Shown here piece after piece: positions 37,051 through 45,833 of a stretch of 64,000 nucleotides of DNA. Made by a program: the position numbers and the translations under genes. Location of the stretch: the NCBI GenBank assembly GCA_018303625.1, contig JAGVXV010000016.1, positions 7,317 to 71,316 of the forward strand. The letters run 5' to 3'. The notes below the pieces were generated by a model that saw only the letters and a list, made by a program, of their open reading frames with translations, did not search any database and had not been told where the DNA came from. Position 1 is the stretch's first letter, and every line of letters starts with the position of its first letter. Source of the DNA: Candidatus Woesearchaeota archaeon. GTDB lineage: Archaea; Nanobdellota; Nanobdellia; Woesearchaeales; GW2011-AR4.

Positions 37051-38274
37051 CTAACTTAATAACTCTCCAAGAAAGATATTATGCTTAGTTCGCCTTATTT
37101 TTACCCTGATAAAACCGCTTTCCTTATCGCAGTTTGGCACTGAAATGAGCCTGTTTTTTGCCACTGCAAGCATTTCATTTTTCAGCCTGCCTGGAAATGC
37201 TATTTCTGCCTCAATTATTTGGCCTTTTTTAAAGGGTTTGGGAAGCTCTTTAGCCTCGACAATGCCAAAGTCCTCTTTATCATAAATAAGCCTTATATTG
37301 TGCTCTTTTTCCATCTCCCTGAGCTTTTTGTAGAACATGTCAATAGAAACTTCCTTAACAGGATTTCTCCCAAACTTGTAAGGAAGAAAGTTTTGTATGC
37401 CTATTGGAGGGCAATGCCTGCCAGCGCCTATATCCTTTGCAAATTTTGCCAGTTTTACAATCTCATTGTCATTATAGCCTGGAAGCCACACAGGCGCAAT
37501 TAAAAGGTCAATTTTTGTTTTAGGGATGTAAGCTGCTATTTCCATTACCCTCTTGAGGTTATAAGGAAAGCCTGCCATTAAATCCGCTATTTTAGGATCA
37601 AGGGCATTCAAAGACAGGTTTATCCTTGTAAGGCCGGCATCTGCAAGCCTGTCAACAAGCTGCTTTGTAAGCAGGATTCCGTTTGTGTCAATTGAAATAA
37701 CCTTTATCTGCCTCATTTTGGCTATATCCTCAACAAGGCCAGGCATATCATCATAAAGCAAAGGCTCTCCCTGGGCATTAATATGCGCATCAATATTACC
37801 AATTGCCTTATATTCCACGATTTTTCTGAATTCCTCAATAATGTAGTCTTTTTCAACGACAAAATCAACCTTTCTTCTTGACTTTGGGCCTTCATCAACA
37901 GAGCAGTAAATGCAGCCTAAATTGCAGCTTGTTACCGGCTTTATCTCAATCAAGTTTGTGCCTCTGTCTATAAGCCCGAAATAATTTGTCCCGATTAATG
38001 GTATCTGAGAATTTTTATGGATGTAAATGGCTTTTTTATGGTCAAGCCTGTTAGTCAGGTTTTGAAAGCCCTGCTCCAAAAGCAAATACAGCCTTCTCCT
38101 TGCCTTTTCCTCGGAAATGCCTTCAAAGTATATGGCATTTGAGCTTATTTTAAAAGCCGCAATTTTGTTCAAAAGCCCCTTATCAAGGTAAAAGTAAAAA
38201 ATATTGAGGAAATTTACCCTTACTTTTTCATCTTCTTCCCTGAAAGTCAAATCCTGAAAGGTTAGTTCTGCCAT
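37051..38274 (-). CDS. Radical SAM domain protein (subfamily unassigned)
   Basis: CNLGCIYCSVD (CxxxCxxC) after a ~110-aa N-terminal domain; 407 aa. Confidence 0.75.
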   Translation of the reverse strand: MAELTFQDLTFREEDEKVRVNFLNIFYFYLDKGLLNKIAAFKISSNAIYFEGISEEKARRRLYLLLEQGFQNLTNRLDHKKAIYIHKNSQIPLIGTNYFGLIDRGTNLIEIKPVTSCNLGCIYCSVDEGPKSRRKVDFVVEKDYIIEEFRKIVEYKAIGNIDAHINAQGEPLLYDDMPGLVEDIAKMRQIKVISIDTNGILLTKQLVDRLADAGLTRINLSLNALDPKIADLMAGFPYNLKRVMEIAAYIPKTKIDLLIAPVWLPGYNDNEIVKLAKFAKDIGAGRHCPPIGIQNFLPYKFGRNPVKEVSIDMFYKKLREMEKEHNIRLIYDKEDFGIVEAKELPKPFKKGQIIEAEIAFPGRLKNEMLAVAKNRLISVPNCDKESGFIRVKIRRTKHNIFLGELLS

Positions 38275-38350
38275 AGTATTTTTTTGATAAATTTTTATTT
38301 GTTTTTTATTGAATTTTTAATGAAAATAAACTTAAGGGGGAATAGGTTTA

Positions 38351-38437
38351 TTGTTTGCTCTTGATTCTTTTTATAATGTTCCCCACCCCCTTCTGATTAT
38401 GCCAGTTAAGGAGAACTTAAATGGCAGACTTGCTTAA
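38351..38437 (+). CDS. Mini-ORF c2 (TTG start, 28 codons) of the SD/PxHPL hairpin-element family
   Basis: AAGGGGGAATAGG tract then TTG; LFALDSFYNVPHPLLIMPVKENLNGRLA; the 3' end overlaps the MITE-TIR-like motif. Confidence 0.2.
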   Translation: MFALDSFYNVPHPLLIMPVKENLNGRLA

Positions 38438-38446
38438 GTTGACAAT
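38423..38446 (+). repeat. Solo copy of the TIR-like motif GGCAGACTTGCTTAAGTTGACAAT
   Basis: Matches the right terminal inverted repeat of the 39591-39752 MITE-like element (GGCGCACTTACTTAAGTTGACAAT). Confidence 0.45.
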
Positions 38447-38512
38447 TATATTGCACAGTAAAAAAGGAAATTATATAAATATAACTCCTATTTGCATATT
38501 AAGGGGTGGAAA

Positions 38513-39151
38513 ATGGAGAAAAAGGAGATTGTCATAACCCATGAGACCTTATTCGAGATATTAAAAAGGGAGAAGGACAGGACTGAGCTGCAGAAGCTGG
38601 ATGCAAGCTTTTTCGAGGACGTTGTTAATTATATCAGAGAGAAAAGGAGCATATTGGGCAATGAAAGCCCGTTTTCTGCTGATGAAAAAAGGAATACAGA
38701 GAGGCAGATTGAGAATATAAGAAGGATCCTCAAAGACCTTTACGACAAAAGGGAGAAGAAAGTTATAGGGATGGCCCTGGACAAAAGCAGGACAAAAAGC
38801 AATGTCATGGACACTTCCGCCCTGCTGAATGAGGAAAAAATGCTTTTTGAAAGCCTGGTTGCCCTGTTTGACAAATTCAGGCAGGAGATTTTATACAGCC
38901 TGCTGAACGAGAGCGTGCCAGCTATTGAGGAAAGAAAGGCGGAAAATGAAAAAATGGAAAGGGCTGAGGAGAAAAGCGAGGCAAGGAAAGACACAAAATT
39001 AGTCAGGTTTGTGCATGCTGTCCCTAAATTCGTAGGCAAGGAGCTTGAAGAATACGGCCCTTTTGAAGAGGATGACATTGCAAACCTGCCGAATGAGATT
39101 GCCGATGTGCTAATGCTGAAAGGAAGGGCAGAAGAAATCAGGGAAGATTAA
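38513..39151 (+). CDS. Putative GINS subunit (Gins51/Sld5-like); start at MEKKEIVI
   Basis: GGGGTG SD before ATG 38513; helical N-domain with LFEIL...FFEDVVNYIREK and small C-terminal B-like domain; moderate resemblance only. Confidence 0.4.
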   Translation: MEKKEIVITHETLFEILKREKDRTELQKLDASFFEDVVNYIREKRSILGNESPFSADEKRNTERQIENIRRILKDLYDKREKKVIGMALDKSRTKSNVMDTSALLNEEKMLFESLVALFDKFRQEILYSLLNESVPAIEERKAENEKMERAEEKSEARKDTKLVRFVHAVPKFVGKELEEYGPFEEDDIANLPNEIADVLMLKGRAEEIRED

Positions 39152-39217
39152 GAGATTAAGCCATAAATACTATCATCTTAGAAACATTTTTAAATTAACT
39201 ACAAATACCAAAAAAGC

Positions 39218-39526
39218 ATGAAGCTGCCAAAAAATGTTAAAAGGTACTGCCCTTACTGCAAAAAGCATACAGAGCATAAAGTCAGCCAGACAAAGAAAGG
39301 GAAGCCCAGCAGCATGACCTATGGAAGCAAATTAAGGGCCAGAAAAAGGGGCAAAGCCAGAGGCATAGGGAATATGGGAAGGTACAGCAAGCCCGCAGTA
39401 AGCAAGTTCAAAATGGCGGGCAAAAAGACAAGCAAGAAAACTGACTTGAGGTATGAGTGCAAGGAATGCAAAAAGCAGCATGTTCAAAGGAAGGGCTTCA
39501 GGGCAAAAAAAGTCGAGTTTAAGTAA
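39218..39526 (+). CDS. rpl44e: Ribosomal protein L44e
   Basis: RYCPYCKKHTEHKV...C..C zinc ribbon, K/R-rich, 102 aa; conserved neighbour of S27e. Confidence 0.85.
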   Translation: MKLPKNVKRYCPYCKKHTEHKVSQTKKGKPSSMTYGSKLRARKRGKARGIGNMGRYSKPAVSKFKMAGKKTSKKTDLRYECKECKKQHVQRKGFRAKKVEFK

Positions 39527-39590
39527 CTATCACTTATTTTCCCATTCTCTTTGATTTTTATTTAAATTTTATTCAAATGCGCCGATTCGA

Positions 39591-39752
39591 TGTTGTCAAC
39601 TTAAGTGCGCCTTCGCTTCGGCAGTTTTCTTTATATTTTTATTTTTTAAATATTAATTGCTTTAATGAAGGAAAACTATCTCTTTTTTTCTGTCACAGGC
39701 ACTTTGCCTCAGCGAAATTAAATGGCGCACTTACTTAAGTTGACAATACCCC
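39591..39752. mobile_element. MITE-like element: 19-23-bp terminal inverted repeats flanked by 9-bp direct repeats (CCGATTCGA)
   Basis: TSD 39582-39590 and 39753-39761; TIR-L TTGTCAACTTAAGTGCGCC (39593-39611), TIR-R GGCGCACTTACTTAAGTTGACAA (39724-39746); AT-rich ~110-nt body; no ORF. Confidence 0.5.
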
Positions 39753-39822
39753 CCGATTCGAGCAACAAAAAGCTTTATATACAGCGGCGGATTACTTTTT
39801 GTGTTTTACAGGTGGTGTTTTC

Positions 39823-40005
39823 ATGGAAATAAGGCAACCAAGCAGTAAATTCATCAAGATAAGATGCCCAAAATGCAAAAATGAGCAGGTAATGTTCGGC
39901 AAGGCCGCAACCAATGTTGAATGCCTTGTCTGCGGAAAGGTTCTTGCAGAGCCCAGCGGCGGAAAAAGCAAAATCAAGGCAAGGATTTTAGAGGTGCTGG
40001 AATAA
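39823..40005 (+). CDS. rps27e: Ribosomal protein S27e
   Basis: [48 protein letters not shown] = S27e C4 zinc finger; start at MEIRQ. Confidence 0.85.
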   Translation: MEIRQPSSKFIKIRCPKCKNEQVMFGKAATNVECLVCGKVLAEPSGGKSKIKARILEVLE

Positions 40006-40787
40006 TGCTTTTGGTGAAAAAGGGGTTTCCGGAAGAAGATGAGCTTATTATGTGCACTATAACAAAGGTGCAGTTTCATTCTGTTTTCTGCACTCTGGAC
40101 GAGTACGGCAAGTCAGGCATGATTCACATTTCTGAAGTAAGCCCGGGAAGGATAAGGAACATAAGGGATTTTGTAAGGGAAGGGAAAAAAGTCGTTTGCA
40201 AGGTTTTGAGAGTTAATGAAGAAAAAGGCCATATCGACCTGTCTTTGAGAAGGGTGACTGAAAGCCAGAGAAGGGCCAAGGTAGATGAAATAAAACAGGA
40301 GCAAAAAGCGGAAAAGATAATAGAATTTGTCGCAAAGAGCAACAATCTGGAGCTCAGTAAGTTCTTCAACGAGATTTCTGAAAAAATACTGAAAAATCAT
40401 CTTTCAATCTCTGCTTTTTTCCAGGAAGCTGTTTCAAACCCGAAGATGATAGAAGAGCTGGGCCTGGACAAAAAATTGGTCAAAAGCCTTGATGAGGTAG
40501 TAAAGCAAAGGGTTAAAGAAGTAATTGTTGAAATCGAGGGAAAGCTGAAATTGACCAGCTACGAGCCAAATGGGATTGAAATAATAAAAGAGGCCCTGCA
40601 AAAAGCCCAGGAAAGCGGCAAGGGGAATATAGCCTTAAGGTATCTTGGAGGGGGCAATTACCACGTGCAGGTCAAGGCCAAGGACTACAAGGAAGCAGAG
40701 CAGATACTGAAAGACTCGACAGAAGCCGCGATTAAATTTGTAATCAAGAGGCAGGGCGAAGGAAGCTTTGCAAGGGCTGAAGCTTAA
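40005..40787 (+). CDS. eif2a: Translation initiation factor 2 alpha subunit (aIF2alpha)
   Basis: S1 domain GMIHISEVSPGRIRNIRDFVREGKKV; ATG overlaps the S27e stop (TAATG); 260 aa. Confidence 0.85.
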   Translation: MLLVKKGFPEEDELIMCTITKVQFHSVFCTLDEYGKSGMIHISEVSPGRIRNIRDFVREGKKVVCKVLRVNEEKGHIDLSLRRVTESQRRAKVDEIKQEQKAEKIIEFVAKSNNLELSKFFNEISEKILKNHLSISAFFQEAVSNPKMIEELGLDKKLVKSLDEVVKQRVKEVIVEIEGKLKLTSYEPNGIEIIKEALQKAQESGKGNIALRYLGGGNYHVQVKAKDYKEAEQILKDSTEAAIKFVIKRQGEGSFARAEA

Positions 40788-40788
40788 A

Positions 40789-40959
40789 ATGAGGCATATT
40801 TTGAAATGTGAAAGCTGCGGCAGGTATACCATGAAAGAGGAATGCTGCGGCGGAAAAACAATTGCCATAAGGCCATTGAAATTCAGCCTTGATGACCCTT
40901 ACGGAAGCTACAGAAGGAAAGCAAAAGCCGGGGAATTGAAAAAGAAGGGATTAGCATGA
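40789..40959 (+). CDS. nop10: H/ACA RNP protein Nop10
   Basis: MRHILKCESCGRYTMKEEC...YGSYRRKAK matches Nop10; conserved position after aIF2alpha. Confidence 0.8.
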   Translation: MRHILKCESCGRYTMKEECCGGKTIAIRPLKFSLDDPYGSYRRKAKAGELKKKGLA

Positions 40960-41753
40960 GCACATGGAAACTGCAGCAAATAGGAAAAAAGCCGAAGCTT
41001 AGGAATCCTGTGTTTATAGAGGGCCTGCCAGGCATTGGAAATGTCGGCAAGGTGGCAATCGACTTCATGATTGACGAGCTGAAATCAGTAAAATTGTATG
41101 AGATAACTTCCTATGCTTTTCCCCATTCTGTTTTTGTAAATGAGGACAATCTGATTGAGCTGCCAAAAATAGAGATTTTCTACAAAAAATTTGGCGGCAA
41201 GAGAAGCGACCTTTTGCTTATGGGCGGCGATGTGCAGCCTGTTGATGAGGTAAGCAGCTATGAGTTTTCGGACAAAATCCTGGATATTATTGAAGGATTC
41301 AACGGCAAGGAAGTCATTACCTTGGGAGGCATTGGCCTGGCGCAGATACCCAAAAAGCCCCAGGTGTATTGCACCGGCAACTCAAAAAAGATAATAAAAA
41401 AGTACAAGGACAGCACGGTTAATGACAAGCTTTATGGGGTTGTAGGGCCTATTGTAGGAGTTTCAGGGCTGATGCTCGGCCTGGCGGAGCAAAGAAACAT
41501 TGAGGCAATTTCATTTCTTGCTGAGACATACGGCCATCCGATGTACCTGGGAATCAAGGGCGCAAGGGAAATTCTGGATATCCTGAACAAAAAGCTGGAT
41601 TTGAAAATAAATACGGCAAAGCTGGACAGGGAAATAAAGGACATTGAATCAGAAGTTATCAAAAAAACCGAGCAGCTGAGCGAAGTGGCAAGGACAACAG
41701 CCTTAAAGAGGCTAAAGGGAAAACTAGGCCAGGAAATGGATTATATAGGCTAG
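40956..41753 (+). CDS. PAC2-family protein (proteasome assembly chaperone-like, COG1938-type)
   Basis: 265 aa; conserved neighbour of nop10 in archaea; GLPGIGNVG N-terminal motif. Confidence 0.55.
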   Translation: MSTWKLQQIGKKPKLRNPVFIEGLPGIGNVGKVAIDFMIDELKSVKLYEITSYAFPHSVFVNEDNLIELPKIEIFYKKFGGKRSDLLLMGGDVQPVDEVSSYEFSDKILDIIEGFNGKEVITLGGIGLAQIPKKPQVYCTGNSKKIIKKYKDSTVNDKLYGVVGPIVGVSGLMLGLAEQRNIEAISFLAETYGHPMYLGIKGAREILDILNKKLDLKINTAKLDREIKDIESEVIKKTEQLSEVARTTALKRLKGKLGQEMDYIG

Positions 41754-41758
41754 TAAAA

Positions 41759-42172
41759 ATGTTTTATATAAGCATCTGCCCGATATGCGGAATGGACTTA
41801 ACAGGCGCTAAATGCGGTGGCTGTGGTTATGACCTAAGCACAAAGAATGAGGGCAGTATTGAAATAGGGCCAAAAGCTACCAATGAAAAAATAAAAAACA
41901 ATGAGGATTTCATTCTTTTGGATGTAAGGCACCCCAATGAAAATGAATTAACTAAGATTGAAAACTCGGTTTTAATACCCCTTAATGAGCTTCCTAACAG
42001 GTTAAATGAGCTTGACAAAAAGAAGCAGATAATCTGCTATTGCAGGACTGGAAACAGAAGCCTTCATTCTGCCAGGTTTTTGAGGCAGAAGGGATTTACT
42101 GATGCAAAAAACCTTAAAGGCGGCATTCATTTATGGCATGATGAAGTGGATTCGAGCAAGGTTAAGTATTAA
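41759..42172 (+). CDS. Rhodanese-domain protein with N-terminal zinc ribbon
   Basis: CPICG...CGGCG ribbon; active-site loop CYCRTGNRS. Confidence 0.75.
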   Translation: MFYISICPICGMDLTGAKCGGCGYDLSTKNEGSIEIGPKATNEKIKNNEDFILLDVRHPNENELTKIENSVLIPLNELPNRLNELDKKKQIICYCRTGNRSLHSARFLRQKGFTDAKNLKGGIHLWHDEVDSSKVKY

Positions 42173-42264
42173 GTATTAAAATTTGGCAATTAATTCTATA
42201 AAATAAAAATATTTAAATAAAGAGTTTATTAGTTTGATGACATCCCATTAAAAGAGGCAATAGT

Positions 42265-43293
42265 ATGAGGAAAAAGAGTATCATAATTATTTCCATATTG
42301 TTATTCTTAATCTTAATGACGACTTTAATTGCGCAGCCTCCGCCCCCTCCGCCTCCGCCCCCAATAGGGGATAATGAAGTTTCAGAAGGGGGTTCAAGCC
42401 AATCTACAGCAACATGCAATGATAATATTAAGAATCAGGACGAAACAGACATGGATTGCGGCGGCAAATGCCCAAAATGCCCTGTTAATAAGTTATGCTC
42501 AGCTAATTCTGATTGCCAAAGCAACTATTGCAATCCTGACAGAAAGTGTTCTACAATTGCGTGCAATGATAAATTTAGGAATGGCAATGAGACTGATGTT
42601 GATTGCGGTGGGAATTGCGCAGTATGCACTGATAATTCCCATTGCTTGGCTAATTCTGATTGCAGGAGCGATTATTGCAACCCCGATAAAAGATGTTCAA
42701 TTCCTTCCTGCAGCGATGGGTGGAAAAATAGGGCTGAAACTGGAGTAGACTGCGGCGGAAACTGCCAGCAATGCACTGCTATTCCTACCCAGAATACACA
42801 AACCCTAGAAAGGCAATCCGGAACTAATGAAAGGGCATCTATCCAGAATCAAAATCAAGCTGCGCAACAGGATATTCCAAAGGAAACCCCTAGGGAAGTG
42901 GAATCAAAGTCAGGGACAGAAACTTCCGTTACAGCAGAAGAGGCTGAAAATAGAGGGAATATTCCGCTATTTGTCTCAATATTCCTTAACTTTGTCCTTA
43001 TAGGCTTTATCGCCACTATACTTGTATTTTTTTACATGAAAAAATCAAAAAGCCAAAGCACGCCTGAAAACAGGATTTTAAGGCCCACTCAGCAAAGGGC
43101 TTTCAGCCATTATCAGACTATAAGCCGCCTCCAAGCGCCTGGGCAAGATTTAAACTATTTCAGATTAAAAAGTTTTATAGCCGCCAGTTTAAATAAAGGT
43201 TTCAGCCAAGAAGAGATTAAACTAAAGCTATTAAGTGGCAATTGGCCTGAGCAAAAAATAATTCAAGCTTTTAATGAATTAAGAAGATGGTAG
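42265..43293 (+). CDS. Secreted/membrane protein with poly-Pro linker and three tandem ~42-aa Cys-rich repeats
   Basis: Signal/TM, PPPPPPPPP, 3x [C.D..xN.xETDxDCGGxCxxC....C.ANSDCxSxYCNPDxxC], then TM and cytoplasmic tail. Confidence 0.6.
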   Translation: MRKKSIIIISILLFLILMTTLIAQPPPPPPPPPIGDNEVSEGGSSQSTATCNDNIKNQDETDMDCGGKCPKCPVNKLCSANSDCQSNYCNPDRKCSTIACNDKFRNGNETDVDCGGNCAVCTDNSHCLANSDCRSDYCNPDKRCSIPSCSDGWKNRAETGVDCGGNCQQCTAIPTQNTQTLERQSGTNERASIQNQNQAAQQDIPKETPREVESKSGTETSVTAEEAENRGNIPLFVSIFLNFVLIGFIATILVFFYMKKSKSQSTPENRILRPTQQRAFSHYQTISRLQAPGQDLNYFRLKSFIAASLNKGFSQEEIKLKLLSGNWPEQKIIQAFNELRRW

Positions 43294-44237
43294 TAGAAGA
43301 GCTTTTCAAGGCAAAATGGGTAGAGAAGAGGCCGGTTTATTCCTTTTTATTGGGTGTATTTTTTACGATAATCTCGCTCTTTACATCCATGATCTTATTC
43401 AGGAATACTCCAAACTTTATAGGTATATCCACAATATTATTTACAGTAATATTGATAGTCCCTACAGTAAATAAATTATTTGACCTGGAAGAAAAAATAG
43501 AAGTGAAAAAAAACATCAGTTTTTTTAAAAAGCATGAGCATATAATTGATTTTTTCATTTATTTTTTCATTGGCGTCTTCATTGTTTTGTTTGTTGTGGC
43601 GCTGATTTCTCCAGGTATTGTTTTGTCAGAACAGCAGCTCTACAGCATAGAAACAAAGGTCGTTCAGGAAGGAAGAAAATTGCCTCCTCCGCCTGCTATG
43701 GGCCAGGAAAGCGAACTTTTAAGGATTTTTAGGAATAATATATATGTCATGATTATATCCTTTGTATTATCGCTTTTTTACGGCTCGGGCGCATTGTTTT
43801 TAATAACCCTCAATGCATCTATATTTGCATCAGCATTGGCTAATGCCGTGAAAAGCAACCTCACTGATTTCGGCTTTTTATTTGTATATTCCTTTACATT
43901 GTGCAATCTTGGAGTTCTGCTGTTCCATGCTATCCCGGAAGTCGGGGGATACCTGATTGCGGCAATTGCAGGAGGAGTTTTATCGCATGCTTTTATAAGA
44001 GAGAAAATAGGGGGCAAAAATTTTAAAATTGTGCTGAAAGATTCTGTTATATTGGTATTAATTGCGTCTCTTGTCCTATTCACAGCCGCTTTTATTGAAA
44101 CTGAAGTTTCGAAAAGGCTTTTTACAAGCAATGTCTGCGCCAAAAGCAAATTTTTGATTATATTCCTTCTTGCATCTGCCATAATTGCATTGGTAATTTT
44201 TGAGTATATGAGAAAAAAGAAAGCATTCGATAAATGA
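43287..44237 (+). CDS. Polytopic membrane protein, SpoIIM/DUF95-like
   Basis: 6+ TM; HAIPEVGGYLIAAIAGGVLS region resembles DUF95. Confidence 0.45.
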   Translation: MVVEELFKAKWVEKRPVYSFLLGVFFTIISLFTSMILFRNTPNFIGISTILFTVILIVPTVNKLFDLEEKIEVKKNISFFKKHEHIIDFFIYFFIGVFIVLFVVALISPGIVLSEQQLYSIETKVVQEGRKLPPPPAMGQESELLRIFRNNIYVMIISFVLSLFYGSGALFLITLNASIFASALANAVKSNLTDFGFLFVYSFTLCNLGVLLFHAIPEVGGYLIAAIAGGVLSHAFIREKIGGKNFKIVLKDSVILVLIASLVLFTAAFIETEVSKRLFTSNVCAKSKFLIIFLLASAIIALVIFEYMRKKKAFDK

Positions 44238-45760
44238 TTTACCCAATGCTTAGCCAAGGAATTATGCCGCTTATTGCTTACCTGAATCTTTTATTAATCA
44301 TGATTTTTGCAATCTTATCTTCTAATATTATTTATAAAAAATTAACTAAAATAAAAAAGAGATATTTAATAGCGCTTATTATTGTTTTTTTGGCGGGCTT
44401 GTATATAAGGCTGCATTATTCTCCTTTGCACCATGGCTTTTTCATAGACGAGTCCTTTTATATGGAGTCTGCCAAAAACATATTGGCTCATCAAAGATCA
44501 TTTTTATCGACGGGAGACTATGAAAAGCAGATAGGCTGGCCCGTGCTTTTAACAATTCCATTCTTTATTTTTGGGGTTAATAATTATGTTGCTATATACA
44601 CTTCCGTATTTATTGGAAGCTTATCAGTATTTTTGATTTTTGTCCTGGTTTTTTTAATATTCAGAAATGAAAAATCAGCATTATTTAGCTCTGTTTTACT
44701 GGCAGTATTGCCTTTGCACATTTTTTATTCCGGGACTGCTGAGACTGCTGCAGCATCTATTTTCTTCATTCTTTTAACATATATCTCGTTCTTTTTCATG
44801 CTTGAAAAATTCGACATTAAATTTGCTTATTTAACATTGTTTTTATTGTTATTTGCCATTCAGGTAAGGCTTGAAAATTTTTTAATGTTTATTCCTATGA
44901 CTATTTACATCTTAATTAAAAAAGTTGATTTACGATGGAAAAAATCTGTTGTCCCGGCTATGATTTCTATCCCATTTTTTGCCTCTGTTATTTTCCAGTA
45001 TTTCCAGATTAAAGGTTTTTATGTGAAAGCCTATGCTACAGAATTGGCTTTTTTTGGATTTCAAAACATTTCTGATAAATTTTATTTATTTATTAAAAGC
45101 ATTGATTTATTTTATTTATTTTTTATTTTCATTGCAGTTATTGGGGCCTATTACTCTTTTAAAAAAGAAAAACTTCTTTCTTATTTTTTTGCCTCATGGT
45201 TCTTGGTTTTTTCCCTTTATTATTTGCTTTATCTGTTTGCCGATGACTTCCATTTTCTTCCTGCGCTTGTCGCCTTAATTCCGATAGCCGCTTTTGGGAT
45301 TGATTCCTTAATTGCTTATTTTTCCGAGTATTTTAAAATTAAGCAAAATAATTTGTTGCTTTTTTCAATTATTTTTATTTTAGCTCTCTTTTTTATAAGT
45401 TATGATGGCGTGTCCATGCCATATTTTGAACTTGAAACCCGGGTTATGGGAAAATTAAGCGAAGATATACCGCCTGACTGTATTATTGTTGCAGAGCTTC
45501 CGAATATAATAACCTCAACAACAGAACTGGAGGCTATAGGCACGGCCAAATTCCTGAATGATGCTTCTGACGATCTTTTTTCATACAAAAACAGGTGCTT
45601 GCTGTATTTTGAAGACATGTACTGCAAAGAGAATTTTCTGCCTAACTCCATGTTAAGGTGCGGAAGAATGCGCTCCAAGTTCAAGCTGACCGATTTTATA
45701 TGGCATAAAAATGGTGAATTGGGGTTTTATTTCTATAAAATATCTGCTAAAAGACCTTAG
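44234..45760 (+). CDS. GT-C-type glycosyltransferase (family 39/83-like, PMT/ArnT-type)
   Basis: ~12 TM; first extracytoplasmic loop carries FIDESFY (DE motif of GT-C enzymes). Confidence 0.55.
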   Translation: MIYPMLSQGIMPLIAYLNLLLIMIFAILSSNIIYKKLTKIKKRYLIALIIVFLAGLYIRLHYSPLHHGFFIDESFYMESAKNILAHQRSFLSTGDYEKQIGWPVLLTIPFFIFGVNNYVAIYTSVFIGSLSVFLIFVLVFLIFRNEKSALFSSVLLAVLPLHIFYSGTAETAAASIFFILLTYISFFFMLEKFDIKFAYLTLFLLLFAIQVRLENFLMFIPMTIYILIKKVDLRWKKSVVPAMISIPFFASVIFQYFQIKGFYVKAYATELAFFGFQNISDKFYLFIKSIDLFYLFFIFIAVIGAYYSFKKEKLLSYFFASWFLVFSLYYLLYLFADDFHFLPALVALIPIAAFGIDSLIAYFSEYFKIKQNNLLLFSIIFILALFFISYDGVSMPYFELETRVMGKLSEDIPPDCIIVAELPNIITSTTELEAIGTAKFLNDASDDLFSYKNRCLLYFEDMYCKENFLPNSMLRCGRMRSKFKLTDFIWHKNGELGFYFYKISAKRP

Positions 45761-45833
45761 TCTGATTTTTTAAGTTCTAATCTTGACAAATTAAAAACAT
45801 TTAAATATAAGATATTGAGTTAACTATGGAGTA

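Noticed and set aside
42213-42419. 68-aa minus-strand ORF with GGGGGGGGG run
   Set aside because: Antisense image of the poly-proline linker of the Cys-rich surface protein.
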